The notes beneath the pieces were generated by a model, which was not told where the DNA came from, did no database searches, and was given only the letters and a program-made list of their open reading frames with translations. From Caulobacterales bacterium (GTDB lineage Bacteria; Pseudomonadota; Alphaproteobacteria; Caulobacterales; Aquidulcibacteraceae), in NCBI GenBank assembly GCA_017303355.1, contig JAFLCU010000016.1:22167-86166 (forward strand): 64,000 bases of DNA, given 5' to 3'. The first letter of the stretch is position 1, and every line of letters starts with the position of its first letter. Of the stretch, positions 37,812 to 49,538 are shown in pieces. Made by a program: the position numbers and the translations under genes.

Positions 37812-39119
37812 CTAGGCGCGCTGATTGAGCGCCGTATAGTCGCGCTTCGGTGCGCCAGTATAAACTTGGCGCGGGCGGCCAATCTTCTGGCTTGCGTCTT
37901 CCATCATCTCGGTCCACTGCGCAATCCAGCCGACCGTGCGGGCGACCGCGAACAGCACTGTGAACATCGAGGTCGGGAAGCCCATCGCGCGCAGCGTGAT
38001 GCCGGAATAGAAATCGATGTTCGGATAGAGTTTGCGCTTCACGAAATATTCGTCGCTCAGCGCGATCTTCTCGAGCTCCATCGCAACCTTGAGGATCGGA
38101 TTGTCCTCGGCGCCGACTTCCTTGAGCACAAGGTGGCAGAGTTTCTGCATCGCCTTCGCGCGCGGATCGTAATTCTTATAAACGCGGTGGCCAAAGCCCA
38201 TCAGGCGTACTTCGGAATTTGGATCTTTCACCTTGGCGATGAATTCTGGAATCTTATCAACCGTGCCGATCTCTTCGAGCATGTTGAGCGCGGCTTCGTT
38301 GGCGCCGCCATGCGCCGGACCCCAAAGGCACGCGATGCCCGACGAGATACACGCAAACGGATTGGCGCCCGACGAACCGGCTAGACGCACGGTGGAGGTT
38401 GAGGCGTTTTGCTCGTGGTCGGCGTGCAGGATGAAGAACACATCCATCGCGCGCGCGAGCACCGGATTGACCTTGTACTCCTCGGCCGGCACCGCAAAGC
38501 ACATGCGCAGGAAGTTCGACGCGTAGTCGAGTTCGTTGCGCGGGCTCACGAACGGTTGGCCCACCGAATATTTGAACGCACGCGCCGCGATCGTCGGCAT
38601 CTTCGCGATCAGGCGATGGCTCGCGATCAGGCGTTGCTTCGGATCGTTGATGTCGGTGCTGTCGTGATAGAACGCGGCCAGCGCGCCAACCGTGCCGACC
38701 ATGATCGCCATCGGGTGCGCGTCGCGGCGAAAGCCTTCGAAGAAGCGATCGAACTGCGCATGCAGCATCGTGTGATAGGTGATGTCGCGCGTGAACTTAT
38801 CGAGCTGCGTTTTGTTCGGCAGTTCGCCGTGCAGCAGCAGATAGCAGCTTTCGATGAAACTCGATTTGTCGGCCAGCTGATCAATCGGGTAGCCGCGGTA
38901 GAGCAGCGTGCCTTCGTCGCCGTCGATGTAAGTGATCTGGCTTTCGCAGGACGCCGTCGAAGTGAAGCCCGGATCGTAAGTGAAGGCGTTGCTGTCAGTG
39001 TAGAGTTTGCGGATGTCGATCACATCCGGACCGACCGATCCGCCGTACACCGGCAATTCAAGCTGCTTGTTATTGACCGTGAGCGTCGCGGAGGATTTTT
39101 TAGTCAGCTTGCTTTCCAT
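37812..39119 (-). CDS. gltA: citrate synthase (type II)
   Basis: [14 protein letters not shown] and the full-length pattern. Confidence 0.95.
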   Translation of the reverse strand: MESKLTKKSSATLTVNNKQLELPVYGGSVGPDVIDIRKLYTDSNAFTYDPGFTSTASCESQITYIDGDEGTLLYRGYPIDQLADKSSFIESCYLLLHGELPNKTQLDKFTRDITYHTMLHAQFDRFFEGFRRDAHPMAIMVGTVGALAAFYHDSTDINDPKQRLIASHRLIAKMPTIAARAFKYSVGQPFVSPRNELDYASNFLRMCFAVPAEEYKVNPVLARAMDVFFILHADHEQNASTSTVRLAGSSGANPFACISSGIACLWGPAHGGANEAALNMLEEIGTVDKIPEFIAKVKDPNSEVRLMGFGHRVYKNYDPRAKAMQKLCHLVLKEVGAEDNPILKVAMELEKIALSDEYFVKRKLYPNIDFYSGITLRAMGFPTSMFTVLFAVARTVGWIAQWTEMMEDASQKIGRPRQVYTGAPKRDYTALNQRA

Positions 39120-39131
39120 GTGCGGTCTTCC

Positions 39132-40520
39132 TCAAACTTGATCCGCGATGCGCGCCAGCGCTTCCTCGCGGCCCAACAATTCCAATGCTTGTCCCAGATC
39201 GGGCGCTGGGCTTCCGCCCGTCAGAGCCGCGCGCAAGCCCGGCCCGATTTGCCCCAACCCAACACCTTCGTCGGTAGCGAAAGCCTTAAGCGCGCTGCCC
39301 AGCGCGGCCTGGTCCCAATCGGGCTCCGCCGCGAGCTTTGTGTGCAGGCGCCGCAAACGCTCCTTGAAGTCGTCTTTCATCAAGGATTTAGCTCTCTCGT
39401 CAAGCGCGAGCGGGCGGCTCGCCAGAACAAATCGAGCTTGATCGGCCAAATCCGGCAAAGTCTTTGCTCGTTTTTTCAGCACCGGAACCGCCTGCGACAA
39501 GGTATTGCGCGCGCCAGCGGAAAGCGTTGCGCCGTCGCGCGCTTCGATGTGATCGACCAGCAATTGGGTCAGGCGTGCATCATCGGCCTGCGCCATGAAG
39601 TGCGCATTGACCGAGTCGAGCTTCTTGAAATCGAGCCGCGACGGGGCTTTGCCGATCTGGCCGATCTCGAACTGGGCGACCGCTTCCTCTTTCGACAGAA
39701 TATCATCGTGGCCGGGGCTCCAGCCGAGGCGCATGAGGTAGGCGTTCATGGCTTCGGGCAAATAGCCCATGTCGCGCCATTCGTGCACCGCCTGTGCGCC
39801 GTGGCGCTTGGAGAGCTTCTTGCCGTCTTCGCCGTGGATCAACGGCACATGCGCGAAGAGCGGCGGGGTCCAGTCCATTGCCTGAAAGATCGGGATTTGA
39901 CGCGCCGCGTTGGTCAGGTGGTCGTCGCCGCGGATCACGTGCGTCACGCCCATATCGTGATCGTCCACGACCACCGATAGCATATAGGTGGGATTGCCGT
40001 CGGCGCGCAGCAAGACGAGGTCGTCGATGTCGCGCGCCTTGATGCGCACGTCGCCTTGGATCAGGTCGGCGTTCAGGACCTCGTCCTCGTCGGGCGCGCG
40101 CAGCCGCACCACGAACGGTGCGTCAGGCGACGGCGGCGCCTTGCCATCCCGATACGGCGAACGGATCGCGCGGCCTTCGGCGTGCGCTTGGTTGCGCAGC
40201 ACCTCCACCTCTTCCGGCGTCGCATAGCAGCGGAACGCCGTGCCGCGCTGAACCATCTCCTCGGTCGCCTCGCGGTGCCGCTGCGCCCGGGCGAATTGGT
40301 AGGTGATCTCCCCGTCGTAATCGAGCTCGAGCCAATCCAGGCCGTCGAGAATGGCCGCGATCGCCGCGTCGGTGGAGCGGGCGCGATCCGTATCCTCGAT
40401 CCGCAGCAGGTATTTGCCGCCCATACGCCGCGCGAACAGCCAGTTAAAAAGCGCCGTGCGCGCGCCCCCAATATGGAGGTAACCTGTGGGGGAGGGGGCG
40501 AAGCGTGTGACGACGCTCAT
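39132..40520 (-). CDS. gltX: glutamate--tRNA ligase
   Basis: RFAPSPTGYLHIGG (HIGH) and KLSKR (KMSKS). ATG at 40520 chosen. Confidence 0.9.
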   Translation of the reverse strand: MSVVTRFAPSPTGYLHIGGARTALFNWLFARRMGGKYLLRIEDTDRARSTDAAIAAILDGLDWLELDYDGEITYQFARAQRHREATEEMVQRGTAFRCYATPEEVEVLRNQAHAEGRAIRSPYRDGKAPPSPDAPFVVRLRAPDEDEVLNADLIQGDVRIKARDIDDLVLLRADGNPTYMLSVVVDDHDMGVTHVIRGDDHLTNAARQIPIFQAMDWTPPLFAHVPLIHGEDGKKLSKRHGAQAVHEWRDMGYLPEAMNAYLMRLGWSPGHDDILSKEEAVAQFEIGQIGKAPSRLDFKKLDSVNAHFMAQADDARLTQLLVDHIEARDGATLSAGARNTLSQAVPVLKKRAKTLPDLADQARFVLASRPLALDERAKSLMKDDFKERLRRLHTKLAAEPDWDQAALGSALKAFATDEGVGLGQIGPGLRAALTGGSPAPDLGQALELLGREEALARIADQV

Positions 40521-40587
40521 TTCGGGCAACACGACCTTTCAGAAGCGGGCGCGTGGTAGCACGCGCCCGGCGCTTTCTCCTAGCCGT

Positions 40588-42708
40588 GTGCTGGGGGAAG
40601 TCGTCGCACTGCAGCGCGACCGCTGGATCCTTTGGCTGGCCCCCGCCTTGATCGTCGGCGCGGCGCTCTGGCTCACCGCGCCGAGTGATCCGGCATGGTG
40701 GCTTGGTCCGACACTCTTCGCTCTTGGCGTGGCCGCCGCGTTTGGCTTGGCCGCGTGGCCCGATCATAGCCCTTCGACATTCGCCGCGCGCGCGCGGGCC
40801 GCGTTTGCCGGTGTCTTTGCGCTGGTTGCGGCGGCCGGATTGGGCGCGACATCCGCGCAAACGAGGGCCTGGAGTGTCGCCGATCCGCGCTTAGAGACGT
40901 CCGAAGAGCCTAGGGCGGTCGAGGGCTGGGTCGTTTCGAACGACGCCAATGATAATGGTCCACGCTTGCGTCTGCTCGTCCGAGACGTCGAAGGCATGGA
41001 TGCGCCGCCACGCTATGTGCGTTTCTCCATAGCCGAGGCGGGGATGCTGACGCCTGGCCGTGCGGCGCGCTGCTACGGTGTGCTAGGCCCGCCGGCGGCA
41101 CCCATGGTGCCCGGCGGCTATGATTTCGCACGACGCGCTTATTTCGAACGTCTGGGCGCGACCGGATTTGCCTATGGCCGCTGCCGGCCGCTCGACCTCG
41201 CGCCGCCGCCTTCATGGATCGACCGTCAGCGCTTGTTGCTCGCGGCGATGCGGTGGGATTTGTCCGCGACGATCCAGGAAGCGTCGCCAGGGCGCGGTGG
41301 CGCGATCGCCGCGGCGCTGGTGACGGGCGATCGGAGCTCGGTCGATGAAGCAACCAATGCGGCGCTTCGCGATTCAGGGCTTGGACATTTGCTCTCAGTT
41401 TCTGGCATTCACATGGGCGTCGTCGGCGGTTTGGTGTTTGCGATCCTGCTCTGGACGCTGTCGCTCATTCCGCCGATCGCCTTGCGCTGGCCAGTCAAAA
41501 AGATTGCCGCGATAGGCGCTCTTGTCGTGTTGGCGGCGTATCTCGTTGTTTCCGGCTCGAGCGTGCCGGCGCTGCGCTCATTCGTGATGGCGTGCGTGGC
41601 GTTCGGCGCCATCTTGCTCGACCGGCCGGCGATCTCGATGCGTGGTTTGGCGCTGGCGGTGCTGATCGTGACGTGCCTGTTTCCAGAATCGGTGCTGGAG
41701 CCGGGCTATCAGATGTCGTTTGCGGCCACGCTTGCACTTGTCGCGCTCTTTGAGATGATGAAGCGGGCGCCGCATGAGCAGGCGCTGCCGACGCCCGGGC
41801 CAATGATCGGCGCGCTGCAATCGATCTCGCGCGGTATTGGCGCGACGTTGCTCATCTCGTTTGTCGCCGGCCTCGCGACCGATCCGTTCGCGATCTACCA
41901 TTTCCAGCGCTTTTCGATTTACGCGCTGCCGGCGAATCTCATCACCGCGCCGATCATGTCGTTCTTGGTGGCGCCAGCAGCCGCAGGGGCGGTGCTGTTG
42001 GCGCCCTTTGGTCTCGCCGATCCCGCGATCGAGTTGATGGCGAGCGCGCTCGACATGATCGCGGCGGTGGGCGCGACATTCGGCGAACGACCTGAAGCGA
42101 TACGCGCTTTGCCTCGGCCGCCGGACATTGCGTTTCTGGTGTGTGTGTTCGCTCTATTGTGGGCGTGCTTGTGGCGCGGCGCGCTGCGCTGGGGCGCGCT
42201 GCCTATATTCATATTGAGCGTCGGGCTCTATGTCGCCGCGCCGCAGCCTGCCTTAGCTTTCGATGACGATATGCGAGCGGTGTACGCTCGTCTGGACGAT
42301 GGATGGCGTCTCATCGGCGACGCACGGCGTTCCACGTATGCGCGCGACCGCATGGGTGCAATGCTGGGCATCTCACCACCACAGATCGAGCGCTTGGCGC
42401 CGCCCGAGACGTGCAGTGAAGCGTCGTGCGTTTGGACGACGAAGGGCCAAGAGTTCGCCCTTGTTCTACGAGAAGAGGGGGGGGCGCGCGCTTGCATCGC
42501 CAATGCGATCGTTGTTGCGCGCGTTTCCATGCCCGCCGATTCCACGCAACTCTGTGCACTTCGCGCCCTCATCGACGAACCAAACCTTCGCCAACGCGGA
42601 GGCGCACTGGTCTATCTCGAGCGTGACGAGGTGCGTGTTGAACGCGCTTGGCCGGCGCAGGTTCGGCGCGCCTGGACGCCAGCCGCGCCATCTCTTGATC
42701 AGGAATAG
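40588..42708 (+). CDS. comEC: ComEC/Rec2-family membrane protein (no metallo-beta-lactamase domain seen)
   Basis: Polytopic. Competence-domain motif [14 protein letters not shown]. No HxHxDH motif in the C-terminal part. The start is uncertain: GTG at 40588 chosen, because the track ATG at 40486 would overlap divergent gltX. Confidence 0.75.
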   Translation: MLGEVVALQRDRWILWLAPALIVGAALWLTAPSDPAWWLGPTLFALGVAAAFGLAAWPDHSPSTFAARARAAFAGVFALVAAAGLGATSAQTRAWSVADPRLETSEEPRAVEGWVVSNDANDNGPRLRLLVRDVEGMDAPPRYVRFSIAEAGMLTPGRAARCYGVLGPPAAPMVPGGYDFARRAYFERLGATGFAYGRCRPLDLAPPPSWIDRQRLLLAAMRWDLSATIQEASPGRGGAIAAALVTGDRSSVDEATNAALRDSGLGHLLSVSGIHMGVVGGLVFAILLWTLSLIPPIALRWPVKKIAAIGALVVLAAYLVVSGSSVPALRSFVMACVAFGAILLDRPAISMRGLALAVLIVTCLFPESVLEPGYQMSFAATLALVALFEMMKRAPHEQALPTPGPMIGALQSISRGIGATLLISFVAGLATDPFAIYHFQRFSIYALPANLITAPIMSFLVAPAAAGAVLLAPFGLADPAIELMASALDMIAAVGATFGERPEAIRALPRPPDIAFLVCVFALLWACLWRGALRWGALPIFILSVGLYVAAPQPALAFDDDMRAVYARLDDGWRLIGDARRSTYARDRMGAMLGISPPQIERLAPPETCSEASCVWTTKGQEFALVLREEGGARACIANAIVVARVSMPADSTQLCALRALIDEPNLRQRGGALVYLERDEVRVERAWPAQVRRAWTPAAPSLDQE

Positions 42709-43373
42709 CGCCGGATCATCGCGACCAGCTTGCCTTGGATGCGCACGCGGTCCGGCCCGAAGATGCGCGTCTCATAAGCCGGGTTTGCTGCTTCCAATGC
42801 GATCGAATTGCCGCGCTTGCGCAGGCGCTTCAGCGTGGCTTCCTCCTCATCCACCAGCGCGACGACGATATCGCCGCTATTTGCGGTGTCGCTGCGTTTG
42901 ATAATGACCATGTCACCGTCGAGGATGCCCGCCTGGATCATGGAATCGCCTTTGACCTCAAGCGCGTAATGATCGCCAGAGCCAAGCAAATCCTCCGGCG
43001 CGGAAACGCGGCCAACCTCGTTTTGGATCGCCTCGATCGGCACGCCAGCGGCGATCTGGCCAAGGATCGGAATGCCCGCGCCACCGCCGCCGCGGCCCTC
43101 GCCGACAACGCTCGGCCGGAATGCGTTGCGGCCCTTGGGCGGCGCGGCGGGCGCTGCGCTATCCGGCAGCTTCAGAACCTCAAGCGCGCGCGCCCGGTGG
43201 GGCAGGCGGCGCAGGAAGCCACGTTCCTCAAGCGCTGTAATCAAACGGTGGATGCCAGACTTGGACGCCAAATCGAGCGCTTCCTTCATTTCATCGAAGG
43301 AGGGCGAGACGCCGGTCTCTTTGATCCGCTCGTGAATGTAGAGCAGCAATTCTTTTTGTTTCGCTGTCAGCAT
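42699..43373 (-). CDS. lexA: LexA repressor
   Basis: [29 protein letters not shown] winged-helix N-terminus. Ser/Lys dyad context (VKGDSM ... TLKRL). Confidence 0.9.
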   Translation of the reverse strand: MLTAKQKELLLYIHERIKETGVSPSFDEMKEALDLASKSGIHRLITALEERGFLRRLPHRARALEVLKLPDSAAPAAPPKGRNAFRPSVVGEGRGGGGAGIPILGQIAAGVPIEAIQNEVGRVSAPEDLLGSGDHYALEVKGDSMIQAGILDGDMVIIKRSDTANSGDIVVALVDEEEATLKRLRKRGNSIALEAANPAYETRIFGPDRVRIQGKLVAMIRRYS

Positions 43374-43404
43374 GATCTGGGACCAAATAGTGAACGATTT
43401 CGGC

Positions 43405-43419
43405 GTTCTATATCCGTTC
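43405..43419. promoter_or_regulatory. alphaproteobacterial SOS (LexA) box GTTC-N7-GTTC
   Basis: GTTCTATATCCGTTC lies 32-46 nt upstream of the lexA ATG (reads GAAC-N7-GAAC on the lexA strand). Confidence 0.7.
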
Positions 43420-43443
43420 CTGCGAGCGGTCAACCCATGCGCG

Positions 43444-44226
43444 TTAACCAGAAAGCAGCGCGCGCGTTGCGGCCGCGACATCTGCTTGGCGCATGAGACT
43501 TTCGCCGACCAGGAACGCTCGTGCGCCCGCGCTTTGCAGTCGGCTGATATCCGCATGCGTGAAGATTCCTGACTCCGCGACGAGCAGTGCATCCTCCGGC
43601 AGCAGTCTCGCTAAGCGTTCAGTGATTGCGAGATCGGTGTCGAACGTGGCGAGCGAGCGGTTGTTTACGCCAATGAGTTTGGCGCCGAGCCAAAGCGCGC
43701 GCTCCATCTCGGCTTCGTCGTGCACCTCAACCAGCGCGTCCATACCATAAGCATTGGCAGCGTCCTGCAGATCGGAGGCGAGCGCATTGTCGACGGCGGC
43801 CATGATGATCAGGATCGCGTCGGCGCCGATCGCGCGGCTTTCGGCGATCTGCCACGCGTCGACCATAAAGTCCTTACGCAGCACCGGCAGCGCACACGCC
43901 GCACGCGCCGCGACAAGAAAGTCTTCGTGTCCTTGGAAGCTTGGCGCATCAGTCAGCACTGAGAGGCATGTCGCGCCCCCGGTTTCATACGCCTTCGCCA
44001 GCGCGGGCGGGTCGAAGTCCTCGCGGATGAGGCCTTTGGATGGACTCGCCTTCTTGATCTCGGCGATCAACGCCTTGCCATCTACGTGCTCGCGCAATGC
44101 GTTGGCGAAGCCGCGTGGGCGGGACTGCCGGCGGATTGCGGCGTCGATGTCGTCCCACGCGCGTTCTTTCTTTCGCGTCGCGACTTCGTCGTGCTTGTAG
44201 GCGATGATGCGCTCCAGAACGTTCAT
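43444..44226 (-). CDS. trpC: indole-3-glycerol phosphate synthase
   Basis: [13 protein letters not shown] and LVEVHDEAE motifs. Confidence 0.9.
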   Translation of the reverse strand: MNVLERIIAYKHDEVATRKKERAWDDIDAAIRRQSRPRGFANALREHVDGKALIAEIKKASPSKGLIREDFDPPALAKAYETGGATCLSVLTDAPSFQGHEDFLVAARAACALPVLRKDFMVDAWQIAESRAIGADAILIIMAAVDNALASDLQDAANAYGMDALVEVHDEAEMERALWLGAKLIGVNNRSLATFDTDLAITERLARLLPEDALLVAESGIFTHADISRLQSAGARAFLVGESLMRQADVAAATRALLSG

Positions 44227-45269
44227 GGCGCGCTCCGCGTAATGTCGATCAACCGGTTCAGTGCGTCCAACGCTTGGCCGCTCGCGATGCTCTCACGCGC
44301 CATTCGCCAGCCTTCGAGTTCAGCGTCCGCGCTGATTGCGCCAGCCGCGACCAGAGCCGCCGTCGCGTTCAGCAACACGGTTGCTTCATAGGCCGAGCCC
44401 GCCATGCGTCCTTCCAATAAGGCGCGCAGCGCGTTTGCGTTGTGCGCCGCATCGCCGCCGCGAAGCGCCTCGCTGGGGTTCGGCGGGACATCGAACTCAC
44501 GTGAGAGCGCGCCGACATCGATATTGTGAAGCGGTCGCATGCCGCCATCCGCGCTCAGGAAGGTCGCGCGATTGTCGCCGTTGGCGTCAACGAATGTCAG
44601 CTCATCTATTCCACCCGCGCCGTGCACGACGACGGCTTGTTCGGCGCCGAGCTGCTTTAGCGCCGTCGCCATGGGCTCGACGAATTCGGCGCTGAACACG
44701 CCAACCAATTGACGGCGGACGCCAGCCGGATTTGAGAGCGGCCCGAGCAGATTGAAAATAGTTCGGTGGCCCAATTCGCGGCGCGGCGCCGCTACGAAGC
44801 GCATCGCTGGATGATGGTTCTGCGCAAACAAGAACGCCACACCAGCTTGGCGCAACGCGCGCTCCAGCGTTGTTGTGTCGGTCGTGAGCTTTAAGCCTAA
44901 CGCCTCCAACACATCGGCGGCGCCCGATTTTGAACTCATCGCCCGATTGCCGTGCTTGGCCACGGGCACGCCACAACCGGCGACGACGAATGTCACCGCG
45001 GTGGAGATGTTGAGCGTGTGGGCGCCGTCGCCGCCAGTGCCGCATACGTCGATGGCGCCGGGTGGCGCTTCAACGCGCACCATGCGTCCGCGCAATGCAC
45101 GCGCGCCGGCGGCGATCCAAGCGGCGTCACGCATGTGCGGGACAGTAAGCGCCAGGAAGCGCTTGATGTCGTCATGACTGGCGTGGCCGTCCATGACGGT
45201 CGCGAACGCGGCGTCGAGATCAATGGCGCCGCCACGCTCCAGCTCATCGAGCAAGGCCGCGAAGCTCAT
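44223..45269 (-). CDS. trpD: anthranilate phosphoribosyltransferase
   Basis: [17 protein letters not shown] and [21 protein letters not shown]. Confidence 0.9.
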   Translation of the reverse strand: MSFAALLDELERGGAIDLDAAFATVMDGHASHDDIKRFLALTVPHMRDAAWIAAGARALRGRMVRVEAPPGAIDVCGTGGDGAHTLNISTAVTFVVAGCGVPVAKHGNRAMSSKSGAADVLEALGLKLTTDTTTLERALRQAGVAFLFAQNHHPAMRFVAAPRRELGHRTIFNLLGPLSNPAGVRRQLVGVFSAEFVEPMATALKQLGAEQAVVVHGAGGIDELTFVDANGDNRATFLSADGGMRPLHNIDVGALSREFDVPPNPSEALRGGDAAHNANALRALLEGRMAGSAYEATVLLNATAALVAAGAISADAELEGWRMARESIASGQALDALNRLIDITRSAP

Positions 45270-45841
45270 CGCAGACCAGCGGCGGCGAGGAAATTGCCGA
45301 TCATGGCGTGGCCGTGCTCGGAGGCGATCGATTCCGGATGGAATTGAACCCCAAACAGCGGGCGCGTTTTATGCGACATGCCCATCACTTCGCCGTCGGC
45401 GGTCTCCGCGTCGATCGTGAATTCGGCGGGGAACGTCTCGCGCTTGATGGCAAGCGAATGATAGCGCGTGGCGCGGAAGGGGGAGGGAAGGCCGCGAAAG
45501 AGGCCGCCGCCCTTGTGCGTCACGTCCGAGACCTTGCCGTGCATGATCTCCTTGGCGCGCACGACGTCGCCGCCGAAGGCTTGGCCCATCGCTTGATGCC
45601 CGAGGCACACGCCGAAGATCGGCAGCGTGGCCGGTGCCTGGGCGAGAAGATCGAGGCAGATGCCCGCTTCGTTCGGCGTGCATGGCCCTGGCGACAAGAT
45701 CACCGCGCGCGGCTTGCGCTTCAAAACGTCCGTGACGCTCAGCGCGTCGTTGCGATGCACCTCCGTGGGCACGCCGAAATCGGCCACGTAGTGGACGAGG
45801 TTGTAAACGAAGCTGTCGTAATTATCGATGACGAGGATCAT
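45266..45841 (-). CDS. trpG: anthranilate synthase component II (glutamine amidotransferase)
   Basis: MILVIDNYDSFVYNL, GVCLGHQ, GVQFHPES. Confidence 0.9.
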   Translation of the reverse strand: MILVIDNYDSFVYNLVHYVADFGVPTEVHRNDALSVTDVLKRKPRAVILSPGPCTPNEAGICLDLLAQAPATLPIFGVCLGHQAMGQAFGGDVVRAKEIMHGKVSDVTHKGGGLFRGLPSPFRATRYHSLAIKRETFPAEFTIDAETADGEVMGMSHKTRPLFGVQFHPESIASEHGHAMIGNFLAAAGLR

Positions 45842-45971
45842 GGGTCACGGACCTTCCGCATTGACGAGCAGGGTGTTGCGTCGTCAGGCGCGCCATCGTG
45901 GGCAGGTGGCCAAGTGTTTGATCATCGTTCGCACTTTATCCAGTTTTTCGACGTCGTCTAACGCCATTCGC

Positions 45972-47522
45972 TCAAGGATAGCGCCAAGCCTCGCTCGCCG
46001 CCCTAAAGAGGGCGCGGGATTTGTGCAGCGTTTCCTGCAATTCGGCTTCGGGGTCGCTATCGAGCACGACGCCCCCGCCTGCCTGCACGTGCAGCATGCC
46101 GCCCTTCACGATGCCGGTGCGCAGGGCGATACAGGTGTCCATGTCGCCGCCGGCGCCGATATAGCCCACGCCGCCCGCATAGATGCCGCGCTTGTGAGGC
46201 TCGACCTCGTTGATGATCTCCATCGCGCGCACCTTGGGTGCGCCGGTGACCGTGCCGTGCGGGAAGCCCGCGAGCAGGGCGTCGAGAGCGGCGAGGCCAT
46301 CGCTCAGCTCCCCTTCGACGTTCGAGACGATGTGCATCACATGGCTGTAGCGCTCGATCACGAACGAATCCGTGACGCGAACATGCGCCGAACCAGCCTT
46401 CGCCGTCGCCATGTTCGAGCCGGCGGGCGCGCCGCGCTTCGCCACGCGGCCCAGATCATTTCGCGCGAGATCGACCAGCATCAGATGCTCGGCGCGCTCC
46501 TTGGGGTCCGCCAGCAATTCTTGTTCGAGCGCGTGATCTTCCGCCGGCGTCGCGCCGCGCGGGCGCGTGCCGGCGATCGGGCGGATGGTGACCGTGTCGC
46601 CGCGCAGCCGCACGAGAATTTCGGGACTGGAGCCCGCGACAGAGAAGTCACCGAAGTTCAGAAAATAGAGGAACGGCGATGGATTGAGGCGGCGTAGGGA
46701 ACGGTAGAGCGCGAATGCGGAATGCTTGAAAGGCGCCGAGAAGCGTTGGCTGGGGACGACCTGAAAAATATCGCCGGCGCGCGCGTACTCTTTGCAGCGG
46801 CCAACCAACGCGCGGTAATTTTCCGGCGTGGTGTTCGAGCGCGGCTCGACCGTTTCCGCGCTTGTTGGGTCTGGCGTCGGCTGACGCGCCAGGCTGCGGT
46901 CCAAGGTTCGCAGCACGCGCTCAAGCCGTTGCTTCGCCGCTTCAAGCGCTTGGGCGGGGGATTGGCCGGCGCGTTTGCGGGCCGGCGTCACAAGCGTGAT
47001 CTCGCTCGTGACATTGTCGAACACCGCGATGATGGTCGGGCGCATCAGCAGTGCGTCGGGCGAGCCAATCGGGTCCGGCGCATTGTCCGGCAAGCGCTCG
47101 ACCTGGCGCACCATGTCGTAGCCAAGATAGCCAAAGAGGCCCGCCGCCATCGGCGGCAAGGGAGCGGGGAGCTTGAGCGCCGAGCGCGCGATCAGTTTGC
47201 GCAAGCTCTTGAGCGGCGCGTCCCTTTGCGCACGAAACGCGGTGTCGGCAAAGCCGCCGCGGCTAATCTCGGCCTTGCCCTCGCGGACCCGCCAGACGAG
47301 ATCCGGTTTCAGGCCAATAATCGAGTAGCGGCCACGAAAGTCGCCGCCTTGCACGCTCTCGAGCAGAAACGTGCCAGGCTTTTCTGGGCCGAGCTTCAGC
47401 AGCGCGGAAACCGGCGTCTCCAGATCGCTAATGCGGCGCGCCCAGACAACACCGCCGCCCTCTGCATAGGCGGCGGCGAAGTCGCTGAGTTCGGGCGTGA
47501 ACGCGTTAGCGACGCCGCTCAT
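45972..47522 (-). CDS. trpE: anthranilate synthase component I
   Basis: 516 aa. LESV..G..GRYSIIG N-terminal block and the chorismate-binding C-terminus (GAPKVRAMEII, GIYAGGVGY). Confidence 0.9.
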   Translation of the reverse strand: MSGVANAFTPELSDFAAAYAEGGGVVWARRISDLETPVSALLKLGPEKPGTFLLESVQGGDFRGRYSIIGLKPDLVWRVREGKAEISRGGFADTAFRAQRDAPLKSLRKLIARSALKLPAPLPPMAAGLFGYLGYDMVRQVERLPDNAPDPIGSPDALLMRPTIIAVFDNVTSEITLVTPARKRAGQSPAQALEAAKQRLERVLRTLDRSLARQPTPDPTSAETVEPRSNTTPENYRALVGRCKEYARAGDIFQVVPSQRFSAPFKHSAFALYRSLRRLNPSPFLYFLNFGDFSVAGSSPEILVRLRGDTVTIRPIAGTRPRGATPAEDHALEQELLADPKERAEHLMLVDLARNDLGRVAKRGAPAGSNMATAKAGSAHVRVTDSFVIERYSHVMHIVSNVEGELSDGLAALDALLAGFPHGTVTGAPKVRAMEIINEVEPHKRGIYAGGVGYIGAGGDMDTCIALRTGIVKGGMLHVQAGGGVVLDSDPEAELQETLHKSRALFRAASEAWRYP

Positions 47523-49441
47523 TGAGTCTCTTCGGCGTTGGTGTTGGTGTTCGCGTTTGAGTTCGGGAAGCGTTGCTCCAGCAGACGCTCGTTGCGACGA
47601 GGATTCATCGATGTGACGATGTCCTGCTGCAGCGCCTCGGCATAGCTTGAGGTCAAGCTCTGCTGGATTTGCTGGCGGCCCGCTTCAACCGCTTGCGGAT
47701 TGGCGGAGATGTCGACGCGATTGATCGTTTCGACGACAGCCACCAGCACCGCCTCGCCATCGACGCGGATGTCGGTGGAGACGCCGCCAGGCTGGGCCGC
47801 GAAAATCTGCGACGGCAATCCACGCGCGGGAATGTTGCTCGCCGCACGGCGATCCACCGGGCGCGACGCCACCACGATGTTGAAACGGTTTGCGCGCGCG
47901 GCGGCGGCGAACGCCTGCCCGCCATTGACCGCCGTGACGACGGCTTCCCCCATCTCGCGCATGCGGCTGGCGCGTTCGCGCCGCAGCCAGCTTTGGCGCA
48001 GATCGTCGCGCACTTCGTCGAACGGACGCACGCTTTCGGGGATAACGCGGTCCACCGAGACAATGACGTCGGCTTCGCCAACCGGCATGAAGTCGCTGGA
48101 TTCACCCTCGGCGGTTTGGAATGCGGTGGCGAGAATGTCTTCTTGGCCCTCGACCGCCGCTACCGGCGCGCCGGTTTGATCGCGTCCGCCAGCTTCGACG
48201 GCTGGCACGACGACCGTGGGCAGGCCGGCGGCGCGTGCGGCGTCGGCAACGGACGTGCCGCCGGCGCGCGCATCTTCAAATGCGCCAATGGCCGTATTGA
48301 GCAATTCCGCGGCCTCATCATGCGCGATCGCGGTGCGGAGTTCCTCGCGCATCGAGGCTAGCGTTGGCTCAACGGCCGGCGTGATCGATTCCACGCGTAC
48401 GACAACGAACGGGCTAAGCTGGCCGCGAACAACGCGCGCGGGCGCCCGCGCCGCCATCGAGAAGACAGCGTCCGCGACTTGACGATCGGTCACTTCCGCG
48501 CGTGCTTGGCTTTCACCGCGCAGCGCCTGCATGCCCAGCGCTTGCGCGATTGCGTCAGCGCTTTCGCCGCGACCCAAGCGGGCGACGGCGTCGTTGGCTT
48601 GCGCTTCGTTTTGGGCGGTGAGGCGTAGATATGTGCGGCGTTCCGGTTGCGTGAGTGCTGCGCGGCGCGCTTCATATTCTTCTTGAACGCGCGCTTCGGG
48701 TACATTGACGCGGCCGACGAAATCATTCGCCCGCGCATAAACGAGCGTCAGCGCACGAAATTCCGGCAGTCGGAGCTGCGCTTCGCTTTCCTCGTAGAAG
48801 GTTTGCAATTGCGCTTCCGTCGGCGCCGGGATCGACGCCAAGCTCGGCGCGGGCGCCTCGGCGATCGAAATCGTGCGCGTTTCACCTTCGTAGGCGACGG
48901 CGAGCGCGCCGTAGCTTGACGGCGCGCGCGCGCCGGCCACGAGCGAGTCCATAAGCATCTGCATGGTCATGTCGCCGCGAATGTCGCGTTCGAACTCGGT
49001 GCGGGTGTAGCCCAGCTGCGCGAGAAAGGCGTCGTAGGCGGTTTCATCGAACGCGCCCGTGACCGGGTTGAGCACGGCCGGAATTTCGCGAATGCGCGCG
49101 GCGACCTGTGCGTTGCTTGCGCTCACATTGACCTTCTCGGCATATTCCTGGAGCGCGGCGCGGCCGATCATGGATTCCAAGAGGCGTGCATGATAGCCAG
49201 CATCGATTGCCTCCTGTTGGGTCATGTTGTTGCCCTGGTTGCGTTGCGCGCGGAGCGTCAGCTCCAGTTCGCGGGCGAGCATGGGCGGCGTGATCTTGCG
49301 CCCGCCGACTTCCGCCAGGTTTTGCGAACCCACGCCGCTGAACACGTCGTTGACGCCCCAGATCGCGAACGCGATCACCAGGAGGAACAGCAGGATGTAG
49401 GCGATCCAGCCGCGCGTCAGACTTCGCAATTGTGCAAGCAT
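47519..49441 (-). CDS. PpiD/SurA_N-type periplasmic chaperone (peptidyl-prolyl isomerase family)
   Basis: N-terminal TM anchor (WIAYILLFLLVIAFAIWGV) and a long periplasmic SurA_N-like domain. Its stop overlaps the trpE start. Confidence 0.75.
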   Translation of the reverse strand: MLAQLRSLTRGWIAYILLFLLVIAFAIWGVNDVFSGVGSQNLAEVGGRKITPPMLARELELTLRAQRNQGNNMTQQEAIDAGYHARLLESMIGRAALQEYAEKVNVSASNAQVAARIREIPAVLNPVTGAFDETAYDAFLAQLGYTRTEFERDIRGDMTMQMLMDSLVAGARAPSSYGALAVAYEGETRTISIAEAPAPSLASIPAPTEAQLQTFYEESEAQLRLPEFRALTLVYARANDFVGRVNVPEARVQEEYEARRAALTQPERRTYLRLTAQNEAQANDAVARLGRGESADAIAQALGMQALRGESQARAEVTDRQVADAVFSMAARAPARVVRGQLSPFVVVRVESITPAVEPTLASMREELRTAIAHDEAAELLNTAIGAFEDARAGGTSVADAARAAGLPTVVVPAVEAGGRDQTGAPVAAVEGQEDILATAFQTAEGESSDFMPVGEADVIVSVDRVIPESVRPFDEVRDDLRQSWLRRERASRMREMGEAVVTAVNGGQAFAAAARANRFNIVVASRPVDRRAASNIPARGLPSQIFAAQPGGVSTDIRVDGEAVLVAVVETINRVDISANPQAVEAGRQQIQQSLTSSYAEALQQDIVTSMNPRRNERLLEQRFPNSNANTNTNAEETQ

Positions 49442-49538
49442 GTAAGCATCCGATAAGCGTAAGGCGGCGGACCATAGAGACGCCCCCACAAGGGGGCAAT
49501 CGGCAGAGGGCGCCGAAACTGAACGAGGGGGAGGGCCG

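Noticed and set aside
38409-39980. 523-aa plus-strand ORF spanning the gltA/gltX boundary
   Set aside because: It lies antisense to two unmistakable conserved genes and crosses their intergenic gap. The product is Arg/Ala/His/Gln-rich with no recognisable motif. This is a typical GC-rich shadow ORF.
45884-45967. 27-aa sORF (MALDDVEKLDKVRTMIKHLATCPRWRA) on the minus strand in the trpE-trpG gap, tempting as a trp leader peptide
   Set aside because: It has only one Trp codon and no tandem Trp. There is no terminator/antiterminator pair or U-run downstream, no Shine-Dalgarno, and third-position GC is lower than in real genes here. It sits downstream of trpE rather than at the operon front.
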